Shown here: in pieces, positions 39,965 to 51,025 of the stretch
How positions within the stretch are numbered: the first letter of the stretch is position 1
How the letters are laid out: each line of letters starts with the position of its first letter
NCBI RefSeq assembly: GCF_003918875.1
Contig: NW_025767412.1
Location: 744,001-808,000, forward strand
Length of the DNA stretch: 64,000 bases
Reading direction: 5' to 3'
Source of the DNA: Haliotis rubra
Lineage: Eukaryota
Program-made: the position numbers and the translations under genes
The notes under the pieces: generated by a model
What the model saw: only the letters and a program-made list of their open reading frames with translations
What the model was told of the DNA's origin: nothing
Database searches by the model: none

Positions 39965-42334
39965 GCGGTGTTCCAAGCTATCTGCGTAGAGAGTGTTGGT
40001 TTTGGCGTCATAGATCCTTCTCTAATGAATTTCAGAAGACCTCTTTAACGATGTGAATACAGAATACTGATGTACTACTTTATCGGCTGGACGGACTGAA
40101 CGATATATTCCAGGGTACGTTCGAGATGTATATAACTTTCAAAAGGGACATAATTAGATTTCGTAGAAACGTATCATGAGCGACTGAGTTGGATATTGCC
40201 AAATCTTTCTAACCCAAACTCAAACAGTAGCGAAAACATTTCCGATTTTTTAAAACCGTATTATGTGTATCAAGTAGGTTTAACGATGTTTTAAGCAGTG
40301 TCCAAAGCAGATTATGGAAGTAAATTTACATATAGAACCCGAAAGTAAGATAACAAGTCTATCTGGATTATTGATAATATGCCGGAACATATTCAGATGG
40401 TGGCAGTTTAAGAATGAAATACAGTGCAACTTGACATTTGGTGTTAATAAACAACATGTGACGTAAGTCAGTATTCCAAACCTTCATTCAGAACAATCAC
40501 TGGTTAACTTCAGTTTATTCTGACCTCAGGTAACATTTGTTAATCTTTATCCTTGACAACATCCTATTTATTTACCGGTCGCTGACATTATTACATCTGT
40601 TAGTGGGAGATAATGGTTGTGTAGAGCAGATAGTTACACAACTAAGCCGGCCTGTGTTCCTTAATGACCCTAGTGATGGGCTGATGTAACCTCGTCCATA
40701 CCGGTCCCTGGTCGATACGTTACCGGAAGTGCTAAAATAACTGGTAATGACGGTGCCCAGAAAGAGGCTGTGGAGGTTTAGAGATTCTATTTCTTATAAT
40801 ATTTGCCATTGCTATCATCATATTGTAATCTCTCCAAATATATGTGATACGAAAATAGCGTAAAGACATTAGCAATGTTAATTCACTAAAGAACAATATC
40901 GCAGATAATTAGAATTAGTATACGTGTGGTAAATAGGTGATGGCCTGTTTTTAACGTTAAGTACATGACACTGTTCAACATACAGTTCATCCAAAGTATA
41001 AAAAAACTATAATTATACGAGAAATGTTTTATTAAAAGACTCGTCATTAACATTCTTTTGAGGATATACATTTCTTAGGACTTTATAATGATTTTGACTG
41101 TTGTTTAAATCTCTAGAATATTGTATCAATGTGGAACGCCATGTCATGTATCTAGATAATCACCTTCAAGGTCATTCACGATTATTTTCGTTTATTGATC
41201 CGTGAAAATAAGTCACTTAACGACAAGCCAATAGTACAGTGGAACAAGGTAATTTTGATGGTTCAATATCATTTAGTTCCATTAAAGATCCATGGTCCCA
41301 AGAGACCGATCACAGTCGAACTATAAATAATGCAATACCTTGATGGAGTTACCGACACTTCTGAAAGACATGTTTGGGAGTAGGCGGGTCCATTTTGGGA
41401 TAGTCTGTAGCAATTATCTTATTGACATTTTGTGTTCCAAGCACTGATAATACGTAACAAAGGATCTAACGGGACAAGGTTTGTCACAGTTGGGAATGGT
41501 TGGGCAGATGCTTTGATGACGTCATAAGAATCAGCAGGGGGCGGAACATCAACTTTGGCAACAATGAACAATGTATCTGTTTGATTGTGTGAACGATTAT
41601 TTGTAAGAGCAGGCTTTGGTAGGTGTATGAGTGACTTCGGGCTTTGGTGTGCTTAACAGGCTTTACATGTTTCAGTTAACCTAATAGTACAGATCGATAA
41701 ACACCAAGAACCGTGCCATACTGACGTGACGTGATGATACACTTGGAACATAATACTTGTTTAGCAGTAACAACTGTTTCAGATTGACTTCCTAGATGTT
41801 TATGAATGGTATATAATTATACTCATATTTTCAATGTGAATTAATTATGCTTGCGTCAACATAAAACAACCGTTTCTGTAGAATATTAATACGAAAATAT
41901 GAATTCTAAAAGATTTACTTTTGAAAGCTTATGAACCTGCTACTATATATCTAATGAGCTTATCCATGATTTCACGTTGGCTTCCGCTTTCATGTGGATC
42001 GCTGCTGGCTTAAAGACAGCAATGAAGGGATCTCTTTTGCGTCTCATAGCAACGTCTTACCTGACAATCAAGGGAGAAGACTGTTCACATATCCACAGAA
42101 ATACACACGTGTGACAAACAATGGAAATTCCTCAGCTGAACGACCCGTGAACGGTGACTATATCCACATGCTGTTTATCATTGCTGACACATGAAGGAGT
42201 GAATCATCATTTCTGGCTGAAACCATTGGTGGACGCTCAGCCGTTAAACGATTCAGAATGCGCGTGCAGAACACGCGCTGGAAATCAATAAAAACACACG
42301 CTTAAGATGATTAATTTAACATGTGAGATCTTAC

Positions 42335-42576
42335 CTGACCCGCATCTGCTCTTGAGCTTGCATATTCTTGGCGCGATCCATCACGCTCTTTATCTTGGCA
42401 ACTTCCTCTGGACTTAGGTGGCTGAGATCAGGCTCGGGCGGCAACGTCGGGGAAGGCGCCCTTGTGGAGGGGACAGAGGACCGGGGACGGGACCCCAGGG
42501 AATACGAGTACATAGATGCATACTCAGAAAGTGGTGTGCTGCATTCAGACGAGTGAGCACTCCCCTCGTTGCCCAT
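42335..42576 (-). CDS. PCLO: Piccolo/Bassoon-like active-zone protein, coding exon 1 (N-myristoylation motif plus RabBD-like helix)
   Basis: ATG at 42576 gives MGNEGSAHSS...PPEPDLSHLSPEEVAKIKSVMDRAKNMQAQEQMRVR. MGNE resembles the Piccolo/Bassoon start (MGNEAS/MGNEVS); DLSHLSPEE..I..VMDRAK matches the Piccolo/RIM helix. Ends AG|gtaag (phase 2), matching exon 2. Orthology versus RIM/Fife not proven. Confidence 0.85.
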
Positions 42577-44710
42577 TACTATCTGAATAGCACGGATCAC
42601 TAGCACTAGACTTGAGAGGAGAAGAAGGCACAACAGAGAGAGAGAACAGTACGATGTGATGAGTAAATCAGTTCTGGCCGAAACTAACACCCCTGGATCA
42701 TGCATAGACTTCGAGATTGCTTAACCGTGTCGGTGAAACATGACATTACGTCGCGATGGTCATTGTGACAGTATTAACGTCGGCGGTTCCTCATTCCAGG
42801 GTCCGGTCGCCATCTTGGGATTCGATCCGAAATTCCCCAGTACCAATGAGACCTCCATCTTGTAACAGTATTACTGGGGTGTCCATATCATAGGAATGTC
42901 TTTTCACGAATCATTTACATTGTCGTCTGCTACTCTAATGACGGTTCCCGGCTGCTTGGCGCGTGACTCACACTTTCCCGCGCTTTCTCACAAGAGCAGA
43001 CGACACTTGAACGATACGTTCAGCAGAGGCAACACAACCTTCTGCTGCCGTCCTCTGTAGGAAGACTTTCCCTACTGCCGTACACTTCCACTGGATCGAT
43101 AAGAACAAGACGGTTTCTGGAGCTCGTTCCTGCCTTACTGTCCTCGCTTCATTGTGTACCAGCACACTGCGGACAGCGTCATATGATTTCTGTCAGGTTC
43201 TCAACTACAGCCGAGATCAATACCTATGGAAGCCACGGGCAGTTTACGTCACACGCCTAACTTGTGAATCGAAGTCGTGAGCTGGGATTCCGTCCCCAAT
43301 ATATTGCGACCGAGTTCTCCAATTATGCTAACGAGCGTCAAAGACATGAAATATGGATGGCGAACCGTTGCAGTTACTGAATTTCGTATCTCCACTCAGT
43401 AGTATAATGCGCGATACAACACCTATGGTGCCACTCAGATTCAACCTTATTCTTCCAATAATCAAACCGCCTGTGTAATGCGCTACAGGAATATTCATCA
43501 GTCTTTCCAACAGAATACGCAACAGTGAATTCCGTGATTCCAAAAGCTGAATTCACAATGACCAATGTCAATCGGCTGGTGGTATCGATTGGGTTTCTTG
43601 TTTAGGTCTAATCAAAGCAGCCCTCGGCGGTCACATCTGTCAACTGCTGTAACGGGTAGATCAACTGTTGGTCGCGGCCTTGAAAAACGCCAGGGGGCAT
43701 TCTAAACGCCATTGTGGTGAAGTAGAACGGTGCTTGAAACACCTACTAACGTTGCAATCACAAGATACAAGTCGAGTGGGAACAATTGACGTCCAATAAC
43801 ACCCACAGTTATCTGTAATAAACATCAAACTGTTAGACATTACTGTGACGTATTTGGAGATCACACTTTGGCTTTGACCTCGGGGACAATGGTAATTCTA
43901 TTTTTGCTGTCAATTTTGTTCTTACCGTTAATTTTGTTCTTGTTGATAGCAGGTATGTGTTCATTGGTTTAAACTGTTACATCGGACTGTTCAGTGGGAA
44001 GTATTCAAAATTAAGTCTGTTTGTTTATAAAAGAACAACATGTATTCTTGACGATGCATGATGGGTTTTTGCATTTATCTCTGTGCTTTTGTGATGTAAA
44101 CTATTGCCAAGCGGCCTTCTTTAGGATGGATCTATGGTATTGCTTTGAAGTTTGAAGTCTGTTGAAGTTTGGGTGGTCATATATGCCGATTCATTACTTA
44201 GGTACAGTGTGAGAGACCATTTCTGATGTCTTCAGTCGTGGTGCTAAAAGCGGCATAGGGCAGAACTCACTCACACACGTAAGATATAGGTAGATAGGAA
44301 GAGACTCTGATTTTCTGAATGGGTGAATGCTATTCAATCGATGTCATTCCAGGTTTGTCGCGTCAACATATACGAATCCTGACCAGGCAAAGACAGTTAC
44401 TGAAACGTCGCAGAGTCTCATCAACAGGTCTCGAGTTTTTGTCAGCAGTTACAACAGACGTGATGTTTTATGGACCAACTCTGTCGTTAGCCGAATATAT
44501 CTTTTAGCTCCAAATATCTCTCACCACATAGACTCTATACCCTCGCCCTATCGCCTGTTTGGTACGCATCAGAAAATTCACATCTTTGTTGTTCATGAAC
44601 AATCAACCAAGTTGCCTTGGTTGACGATCCGATCATTTGGATATTACCACAAGAACGTTTAACCGCTTGGTAGCGACCTATGCTGACACGGAATCACCAC
44701 GAAAGATACC

Positions 44711-44797
44711 TGAGTGAGTGGGTGGTTGAGTGGATGGGTGGTTGAGTGGGTGGTTGAGTCGGTGGTTGAGTGGTTGAGTGAGTGAGTGAGTGAGTGA
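44711..44797. repeat. (GAGT/GGTT)n microsatellite flanking the Tc1 element
   Basis: Directly visible. Confidence 0.9.
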
Positions 44798-44799
44798 TA

Positions 44800-46091
44800 C
44801 AGTACAACCAGAAATGATTGAGAATGTAAAGATTGTAAAAAAAATTTTTTCACTCATTACTCATGTATTAAATGTGAATATTAGCAGAACATAACTCCAG
44901 ATTCAAAGACAGGTGAACAGTTAGTATTTTGTCATGTCACAATGGGCAGCTATGCAGGCTTCAATGCGGCAGGGCATACTACTGATCAAAGAAGTTAGAA
45001 AGTCGTGGTCCATGCTGTCCCAATATCGGACTACCTCTTCTTCTATTTCAGCAAAATTTGTCAGATTTTTCTTATTGACACATTCCTTCATTAGTCCCCA
45101 AACATTTTTTTTATTGGATTTAGGTCGGGGCTATAGCTTAGCCAATCTAATAATGTCATATTTTGGGTCCGAAACCATGCCTGTGAATGCTTTGAACGAT
45201 GTTTTGGGTCGTTGTCCTGCTGGAAAATCCAAAAATGTCCATAGAACACGTGAGCAGATGGAAGTAAATTTCCCTCGAGAATATCTGTGTACCGCTCATA
45301 TTCCCTTCAAATACACAGAGGGGCGTTGCCCCTAACACAGATATGCCACCCCACACGTTAAATTTCGGACTGTACTTTGGACGCTGATACAAAGGTTTTT
45401 CAGTTTGTTTGGTCCAGAATTTCAGTGTATTAGGAAACAGCCACACAGAACTTTCATCTGAGAAAATCACATTGTCCCAGTTAACATTTCTATACTGTAA
45501 GCACCAGTTCAAGCTTCGCTCCTTTTGTTCAGGTTTCATGATCGGTGATGGAATTCCTCGACGTTTCTGCCAACCCATTGCATGCAGCTCAGTTTTAATT
45601 GTCTCCTTACAGACAGCCACAGTTCCTCTATCAATCATATCCAGCCTTAAGTTTTCTAAACTCCTTCGTTTGTTTTTAGAAACAAGAATACCAAGCTGAC
45701 TCCTGTCACCGACAGTCAATTTTCTGGGCCTACCTGCGCCTCCCTGGTTCTCAATGCCATATCCATTTGCAATATTTTTCAAAACACGATAAACAGTGGA
45801 CAAAGGGATGCCTGTTCTACTTGAAATCACTTTAGCTGATCAGATGTCCTTGTTATAATACTCTAAAATCAACTTCTTCTTCTCTAAATCATCCATACTG
45901 AGGATCACTGAAAATGTCGTCTGCTAGCAAGTAAACAAAGGGGGATAACTCTTCACAAACTAATGAAAAAGGATTAACGGAGTTGTCTCTCTTGAATGAA
46001 ACCAAGCACTTGATAGCTGGTCAAGGCTGTTTATACTAGAAATCCAATTAAACATATTCCTAAAATTCTCAATAATTTCTGGTCGATATTG
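44800..46091 (-). mobile_element. Tc1/mariner (DD34E) DNA transposon, inactive
   Basis: Imperfect TIRs CAGTACAACCAGAAATGATTGAGAAT (44800, preceded by TA) and ATTCTCAATAATTTCTGGTCGATATTG (ending 46091) enclose a transposase pseudogene. Confidence 0.9.
44921..45896 (-). pseudogene. Tc1-family transposase pseudogene
   Basis: MDDLEKKKLILEYYNKDI* (stop 45840-45842), HTH, GRPRKL, WDNVIFSDES, VWGGIS, frameshift near 45295, FQQDNDPKH, W.SYSPDLNPI, frameshift in an A-run at the catalytic E, NVWGLMK...RIEACIAAHCDMTKY*. 34 residues between the second D and the E position. Confidence 0.92.
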
Positions 46092-46257
46092 CAGGAATAT
46101 TGCTAAAACCAAATGCACTCACAAGCTCACTCATTCATACTGGGCACACTACAGAACAGCTCAATTTCGGCGTTATTAGCATGGCAGAAAGTGCAGAATT
46201 TCTGCAAGCTGGGGTTGCACTAAAAAGATGAACTACTGTCTACTTTAATATCGAACA

Positions 46258-46437
46258 ACCCATGAAGATCCGGGTTGGAATTGGTCTTCAGCAAGCCGTG
46301 CATGTCGAAACGGGATCGGGTGGTCAGGGTCGCTGACAGGTTGGTACATGTCATCGTATCCTAATTGCGTGGACCGACGCCATATTGCTGGAATGTTGCT
46401 GAGTGCGACGTTAAACAACAAACCAACCAACCAAACC
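46258..46437 (+). mobile_element. Family B retroposon with internal deletions
   Basis: TSD AATATCGAACA (46247-46257, 46438-46448); head ACCCATGAAGATCCGGGTTGGAATTGGTCTTCAGC; (AACC)n tail. Confidence 0.85.
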
Positions 46438-46854
46438 AATATCGAACAGTTTGACTAATATAAATTGGTTATTGTTTTAGACAAATCTTAAAATGATGAA
46501 ACAGGAAAAATATGTGATCAGAAAAGCAATATGACAATAGGTTGGAACAGTGAGACAGGATTTATCAGCCATGCACACATGACAAAATAACATTTAAAGT
46601 TATTAAGTCGTCTCAAATCATATGCGTAGCCTTATATTATAGAGAGGGCTGTGGGGTAGTCTTGTAGTTAAAGCGTTCGCTCGTCCACCGAAGACCCGGG
46701 TTCGATTCCCACATGGTTCCCACGCGTTCGGTTCCAATTGAAATTTAGTCGCCATCAATTCAGTAAAGCATGTCTCTGATTTTCAAACACACTAGGGTTA
46801 TCTCCTAAATGGGCTTGTATGATAATATGATACAGGTGCACATTACTAGTCTTG

Positions 46855-46990
46855 AGGCGGTATGGTAGCCCAGTGGTTAAAGCGTTCGCCTTTCACGCTA
46901 AAGACCCGGGTTCGATTCCCAGTATCGGTACAATGTGCGCAGCCCATTTCTGGTGTCCCCGACTGTGATATTGCTGGAATATTGCTAAAC
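46855..46990 (+). mobile_element. Family A SINE variant (CCTTTCAC); part of the inverted duplication. A 5' fragment also lies at 46645-46715
   Basis: Head with a TTC anticodon-like variant shared with the 50042-50210 copy. Confidence 0.85.
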
Positions 46991-47029
46991 TCGCTCAATA
47001 TATAATAGAGGCTACAAATATGAATTTTC

Positions 47030-47440
47030 GAACCGTGTGAGGTTCTCGTGTTGGAATAGGTTCTTTAAAGTTGGTCGTTCCAGATGACTAAATGGATTGG
47101 ATGGTCAGGGTGGGTGACTTTGTTGAATGATTGTCATTGTACCCGGGGACGGTGAGGTAGCCTAGTGGTCAAAGCGTTCGCTCGTCACGCCGAAGGCCTG
47201 GGTTCAATTCCCCACTTGGGTACAATGTGTGAAGCCCATTTCTGGCGTCCCCCGACGTAATATTGCTGGAATATTGCTAAAAGCGGCGTAAAACTAAACT
47301 CACTCACTCATTGTACCCGGCGGGTGGATCGCTGCTCTATATGGTGTTGACCATTGGATTGTCTGGTCCAGACTCGATCATATACAAACCGCCATCATAT
47401 AGCTGGAATATTGCTGACAACAGCGTTAAGCACCAAAGAA
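47030..47440 (+). mobile_element. Diverged family B copy interrupted by a family A SINE
   Basis: Family B 5' part 47030-47146 and 3' part 47321-47440 flank a family A copy with a 13-bp TSD. Confidence 0.75.
47147..47310 (+). mobile_element. Family A tRNA-derived SINE, full length
   Basis: A box TAGCCTAGTGG, tRNA-Asp-like CTCGTCACGC, B box GGTTCAATTCC, (ACTC)n tail; TSD TCATTGTACCCGG (47134-47146, 47308-47320). Confidence 0.9.
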
Positions 47441-47540
47441 ATAAGGATTAGAGTGGTGATTGTATTAGTCTGCAGCCTGGGGCTCTTTGCTTATTAGACT
47501 TGTCTGCACTTGACTTTGGTCTACTCTTGATGCATATTCT

Positions 47541-47740
47541 CATGAAGGTTCCGTGTTAGAATTGGTCTTCAGCAACCCATGCTTGTCGTAAGAGGCAGCT
47601 AATGGGATCGGGTAGACAGACTAGTTGACGTGTCATCGTATCCCATTGACGTAGATCGATGTTCCGATATTCAGATTCGATTATTTGGAGACGGCGGTCA
47701 TATGGCAGGAATATTGCTGAGGGTTGTGGTAACAGAAACA
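47541..47740 (+). mobile_element. Family B retroposon
   Basis: CATGAAGGTTCCGTGTTAGAATTGGTCTTCAGCAACCCATGCTTGTCGTAAGAGGC. Confidence 0.8.
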
Positions 47741-47989
47741 AATCTTGAAGAATCATCCTTATCAATGTGACTTGAGCGTTGTGCATATATCTATCCCATT
47801 ATTGACTGATTTGAACACGCATGATGTCACAGGAACCCTGAATAATAAGGGAGCACTTGTTTCTGACATTAAACTGGGTGAGTGTTGTTTTACGCCGCTT
47901 TTAGCACTATTCCAGAATATCACGGCATGGACATCAGAAATAGGTGTTTCTACATTAAAGAAAAGCCCCTCCTAACCTCTGTTGTTTCG

Positions 47990-48710
47990 AATTGGCACGG
48001 ATGGCTTCCCTCCTTGCGGATCTGTTTCTTTATGCATATGAATCAGAATTCCTGCTTGGGTTGGCAAAATGAAAACAATGTAATCTGGTCATGAGGTTTA
48101 ACTTAAGCTTCCGGTACATCGATGATCTAATATCGTTCAATAACCATCAAATAGCCAATTGCCTTCCACTGATTTACCTGAACTTTAAATTAATGAGACA
48201 AGTGAGACCGCCTCAACTGTTTCATAGTTATGTATAAAGATCCAGAGTGACAAAAACAACTATCCACAAGGCCGCATGCCTAAAAGGGATGATTTTAACT
48301 TTCCAATAGTCAACTTCCCTTTCATGTTGAGCAATATTCCAACAGCTCCAGCTTTTTGTGTTTACATTTCACAACTTTTGAGGTACAATCAAGCGTGTTC
48401 TTTTTATCAGGATTTCAAAGAGCGTCATACCACTCTTGCTGAGAGGTTGTTTGATCAAGGTTACAACATTCAAGGCCTCAGTAAAGCTTTCAAGAAGTTT
48501 TATGGTAGACACGTGGAGGACATTTCCAAATTTGATGCATCGGTGACAAAAATGATGTCCGATGCAATTCCCTATTTTGACTTATACCATACGATCCGGA
48601 TTTTGTTCAGGTGAACAAATGACTAGACATAGCATAATATTATGTATATGACGGATGCCCAGTGGGGCAGGATACGCTCACCTTTTCGCGAACACCTGGT
48701 ATCATCACTA
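47990..48710 (+). mobile_element. Penelope-like retroelement RT relic, 5'-truncated, probably Naiad type, with 3' UTR
   Basis: LLADLFLYAYESEF, FNLSFRYIDDLISFNN, KRDDFNFPIVNFPFMLSNIP..PAF.VYISQLLRY..ACS...KFYGRH; stops and frameshifts; ORF ends at 48614 with no C-terminal GIY-YIG. Confidence 0.8.
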
Positions 48711-49512
48711 TTTCATAGATGGGATAGCCAAGTGGTGAAAGCGTTCGCTCGTCACACCGAAAACCCTAGTTCGATTCCCCACTTGGATAAAATGTGTGAT
48801 GCCGTGACATCTCTCAGATATTGCAAAACTGGACGTGAAACCTGATACGTTAGCTGACATGTCGTAAAATCCTTTCGAAAGCAACGCTGACATACACACT
48901 TATCGTGTTGTTTTAGGCGATAACAAGTTGGGATAAACGGTATATCATGGAAATACCATGATATCATTCCTCTAAACATTCTAGCGACTACGTGACGACA
49001 CTTTCTCAAAGAATCTTAAGTGGACGGGTTATATCGTAATGTCTACGATTATTAAGAGAATGGAACGTCATAATAGCCTTATTATGTTTTCGACATTATG
49101 GATTTGTTGGAGTGGTAGATGTTTGTTCGAATCCCGGCACGCTACCTCATACNNNNNNNNNNNNNNNNNNNNNNNNNNNNNNNNNNNNNNNNNNNNNNNN
49201 NNNNNNNNNNNNNNNNNNNNNNNNNNNNNNNNNNNNNNNNNNNNNNNNNNNNNNNNNNNNNNNNNNNNNNNNNNNNNNNNNNNNNNNNNNNNNNNNNNNN
49301 NNNNNNNNNNNNNNNNNNNNNNNNNNNNNNNNNNNNNNNNNNNNNNNNNNNNNNNNNNNNNNNNNNNNNNNNNNNNNNNNNNNNNCAACGTTTCTACTTT
49401 TTATTTCGGCAGGAATAGATCTAATCACTGGCTGGTTTATATTTCAATGTGTGTGAAACCACTGAGCGGATTTTCACTAGAATAATTCACGTGAATGTTC
49501 CAATTGAAGTTT

Positions 49513-49610
49513 ACACATGGGTACAATGTGTGAAGCCCTTTTCTGGTGTCCCCCGCCGTGACATTGCTGTAATATTGCCAAATGCGGCGTAAAACCATAC
49601 TCACTCACTC
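49513..49610 (+). mobile_element. 5'-truncated family A SINE
   Basis: TSD CAATTGAA(G/A)TTTA flanks CACATGGGTACAATG...CACTCACTC. Confidence 0.85.
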
Positions 49611-50041
49611 AATTGAAATTTATGCTATAGATCTCTTATGACAAGATATTTTCACGGGCGTCTGTTGTATTTTACCGCCGCTTTGGCGTAAACAATGTTG
49701 ACTCGTTAGAGTACTCCCCCATCCCTTGGCATGAACACAAGACGTTTAATGGCTAGCTTGCCGGTCAATCCTTGATTCATGACTGATTTGTCAAGAAGAA
49801 ACGTTTCCCCACAGAGGTTACTTGTCATTTCTTCCTACGAAGATATGACAGATGACTCTGTGGGAAGAGAATGTGATTTGGGGCGCGCGATAGATTGTTA
49901 ACCTGGTATATTTCAGGATTTGTATATCGGTTTAGTTCTACAGGGAACAAATGTTGAAGCATACAAAATGGCAATGATGTAATTTTCATATTGTCATGTA
50001 TATGAAAAACACTTGGTGACGTGGTGATGGATAGGCTAGCA

Positions 50042-50210
50042 GTGAGTGAGAGAATATGGTTTTACGCCGCTTTTAACAATATTCCAGCAATATCACGGCG
50101 GGGGACACCCGAAGTAGGCTGCGCACATTGTACCGATAATGGGAATCGAACCCGGGTCTCTAGCGTGAAAGGCGAACGCTTTAACCACTGGGCTACCATA
50201 CCGCCTCCTC
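50042..50210 (-). mobile_element. Family A SINE variant; part of the inverted duplication
   Basis: Full-length minus-strand copy with the same diagnostic changes as the 46855 copy. Confidence 0.88.
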
Positions 50211-50663
50211 AAGACTAGTAATGTGCACCTGTATCATATTATCATACAAGCCCATTAACTAATAACACTGTTCTCATCAGTCAAGTCGTACATTAATCAT
50301 TCATCTTTAAACACTTGCATTTGTCAATTCTGGCTTCTGGTTCAGATAAAAACATCAGATCAATTCAGCCTACCGTCATACGTGGAATATAATCATATGA
50401 AAAAATGGAATATGAACAAAGCGTGCGTTGTGATGATGCTTAATTGCTGTGCCTACATGTTTACCGGCCTCCATAAGTAATACCATCTAAGTCACACAAT
50501 TGTCACTGAGCAGACGAGTAAAGGATACCTGGTAACGTTCTACGCTCAATCAACAGCAGTGTTGCAAGTAATACAGCCGTGGTTTAAGAATCCAGAATTG
50601 TGTTAATTTGGGACTATTTGAAGGAATTCTTCAGTCTGAATTTCATAGCCTTTCAAATACACT

Positions 50664-50810
50664 TGAGTGAGTATTGTTTTTCGCCGCATTTACATATGTT
50701 CTAGCACTATCACGGCGGAATACACCACACTGTTCCCATAATTTGAATCAAACACGAGTCTTCAGTGTGATGAGCGAACGCTTTAACCACTAGGCTATGC
50801 CACCACCCCC
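50664..50810 (-). mobile_element. Family A SINE, diverged
   Basis: GAGCGAACGCTTTAACCACTAGGCTA head and GAGTGAGT tail. Confidence 0.75.
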
Positions 50811-51025
50811 AAATACATTCAAACTGACCACGTTTATGTAAATCACACACTGGTATTTTGATATAACTTTTAGGGTGTGGGAAACTTCGACTGAGTTACT
50901 AGTGAAACATTGAAAGTCACATTTACTGTCCTCAGCATTGTCCCTGAAACTCGCTGCTTATGTACGGACCAACAGAGAGTTTGGTGCCAAGTTAGATACG
51001 AGAACTATATCCGCCAAAAGCGGCA

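Noticed and set aside
44934-45699. Plus-strand ORFs of 133 and 96 aa
   Set aside because: Antisense to the Tc1 transposase pseudogene.
47147-47220. tRNA-Asp/Glu genes in family A heads
   Set aside because: No proper acceptor stem; always followed by SINE body, tail and TSD, so these are SINEs.
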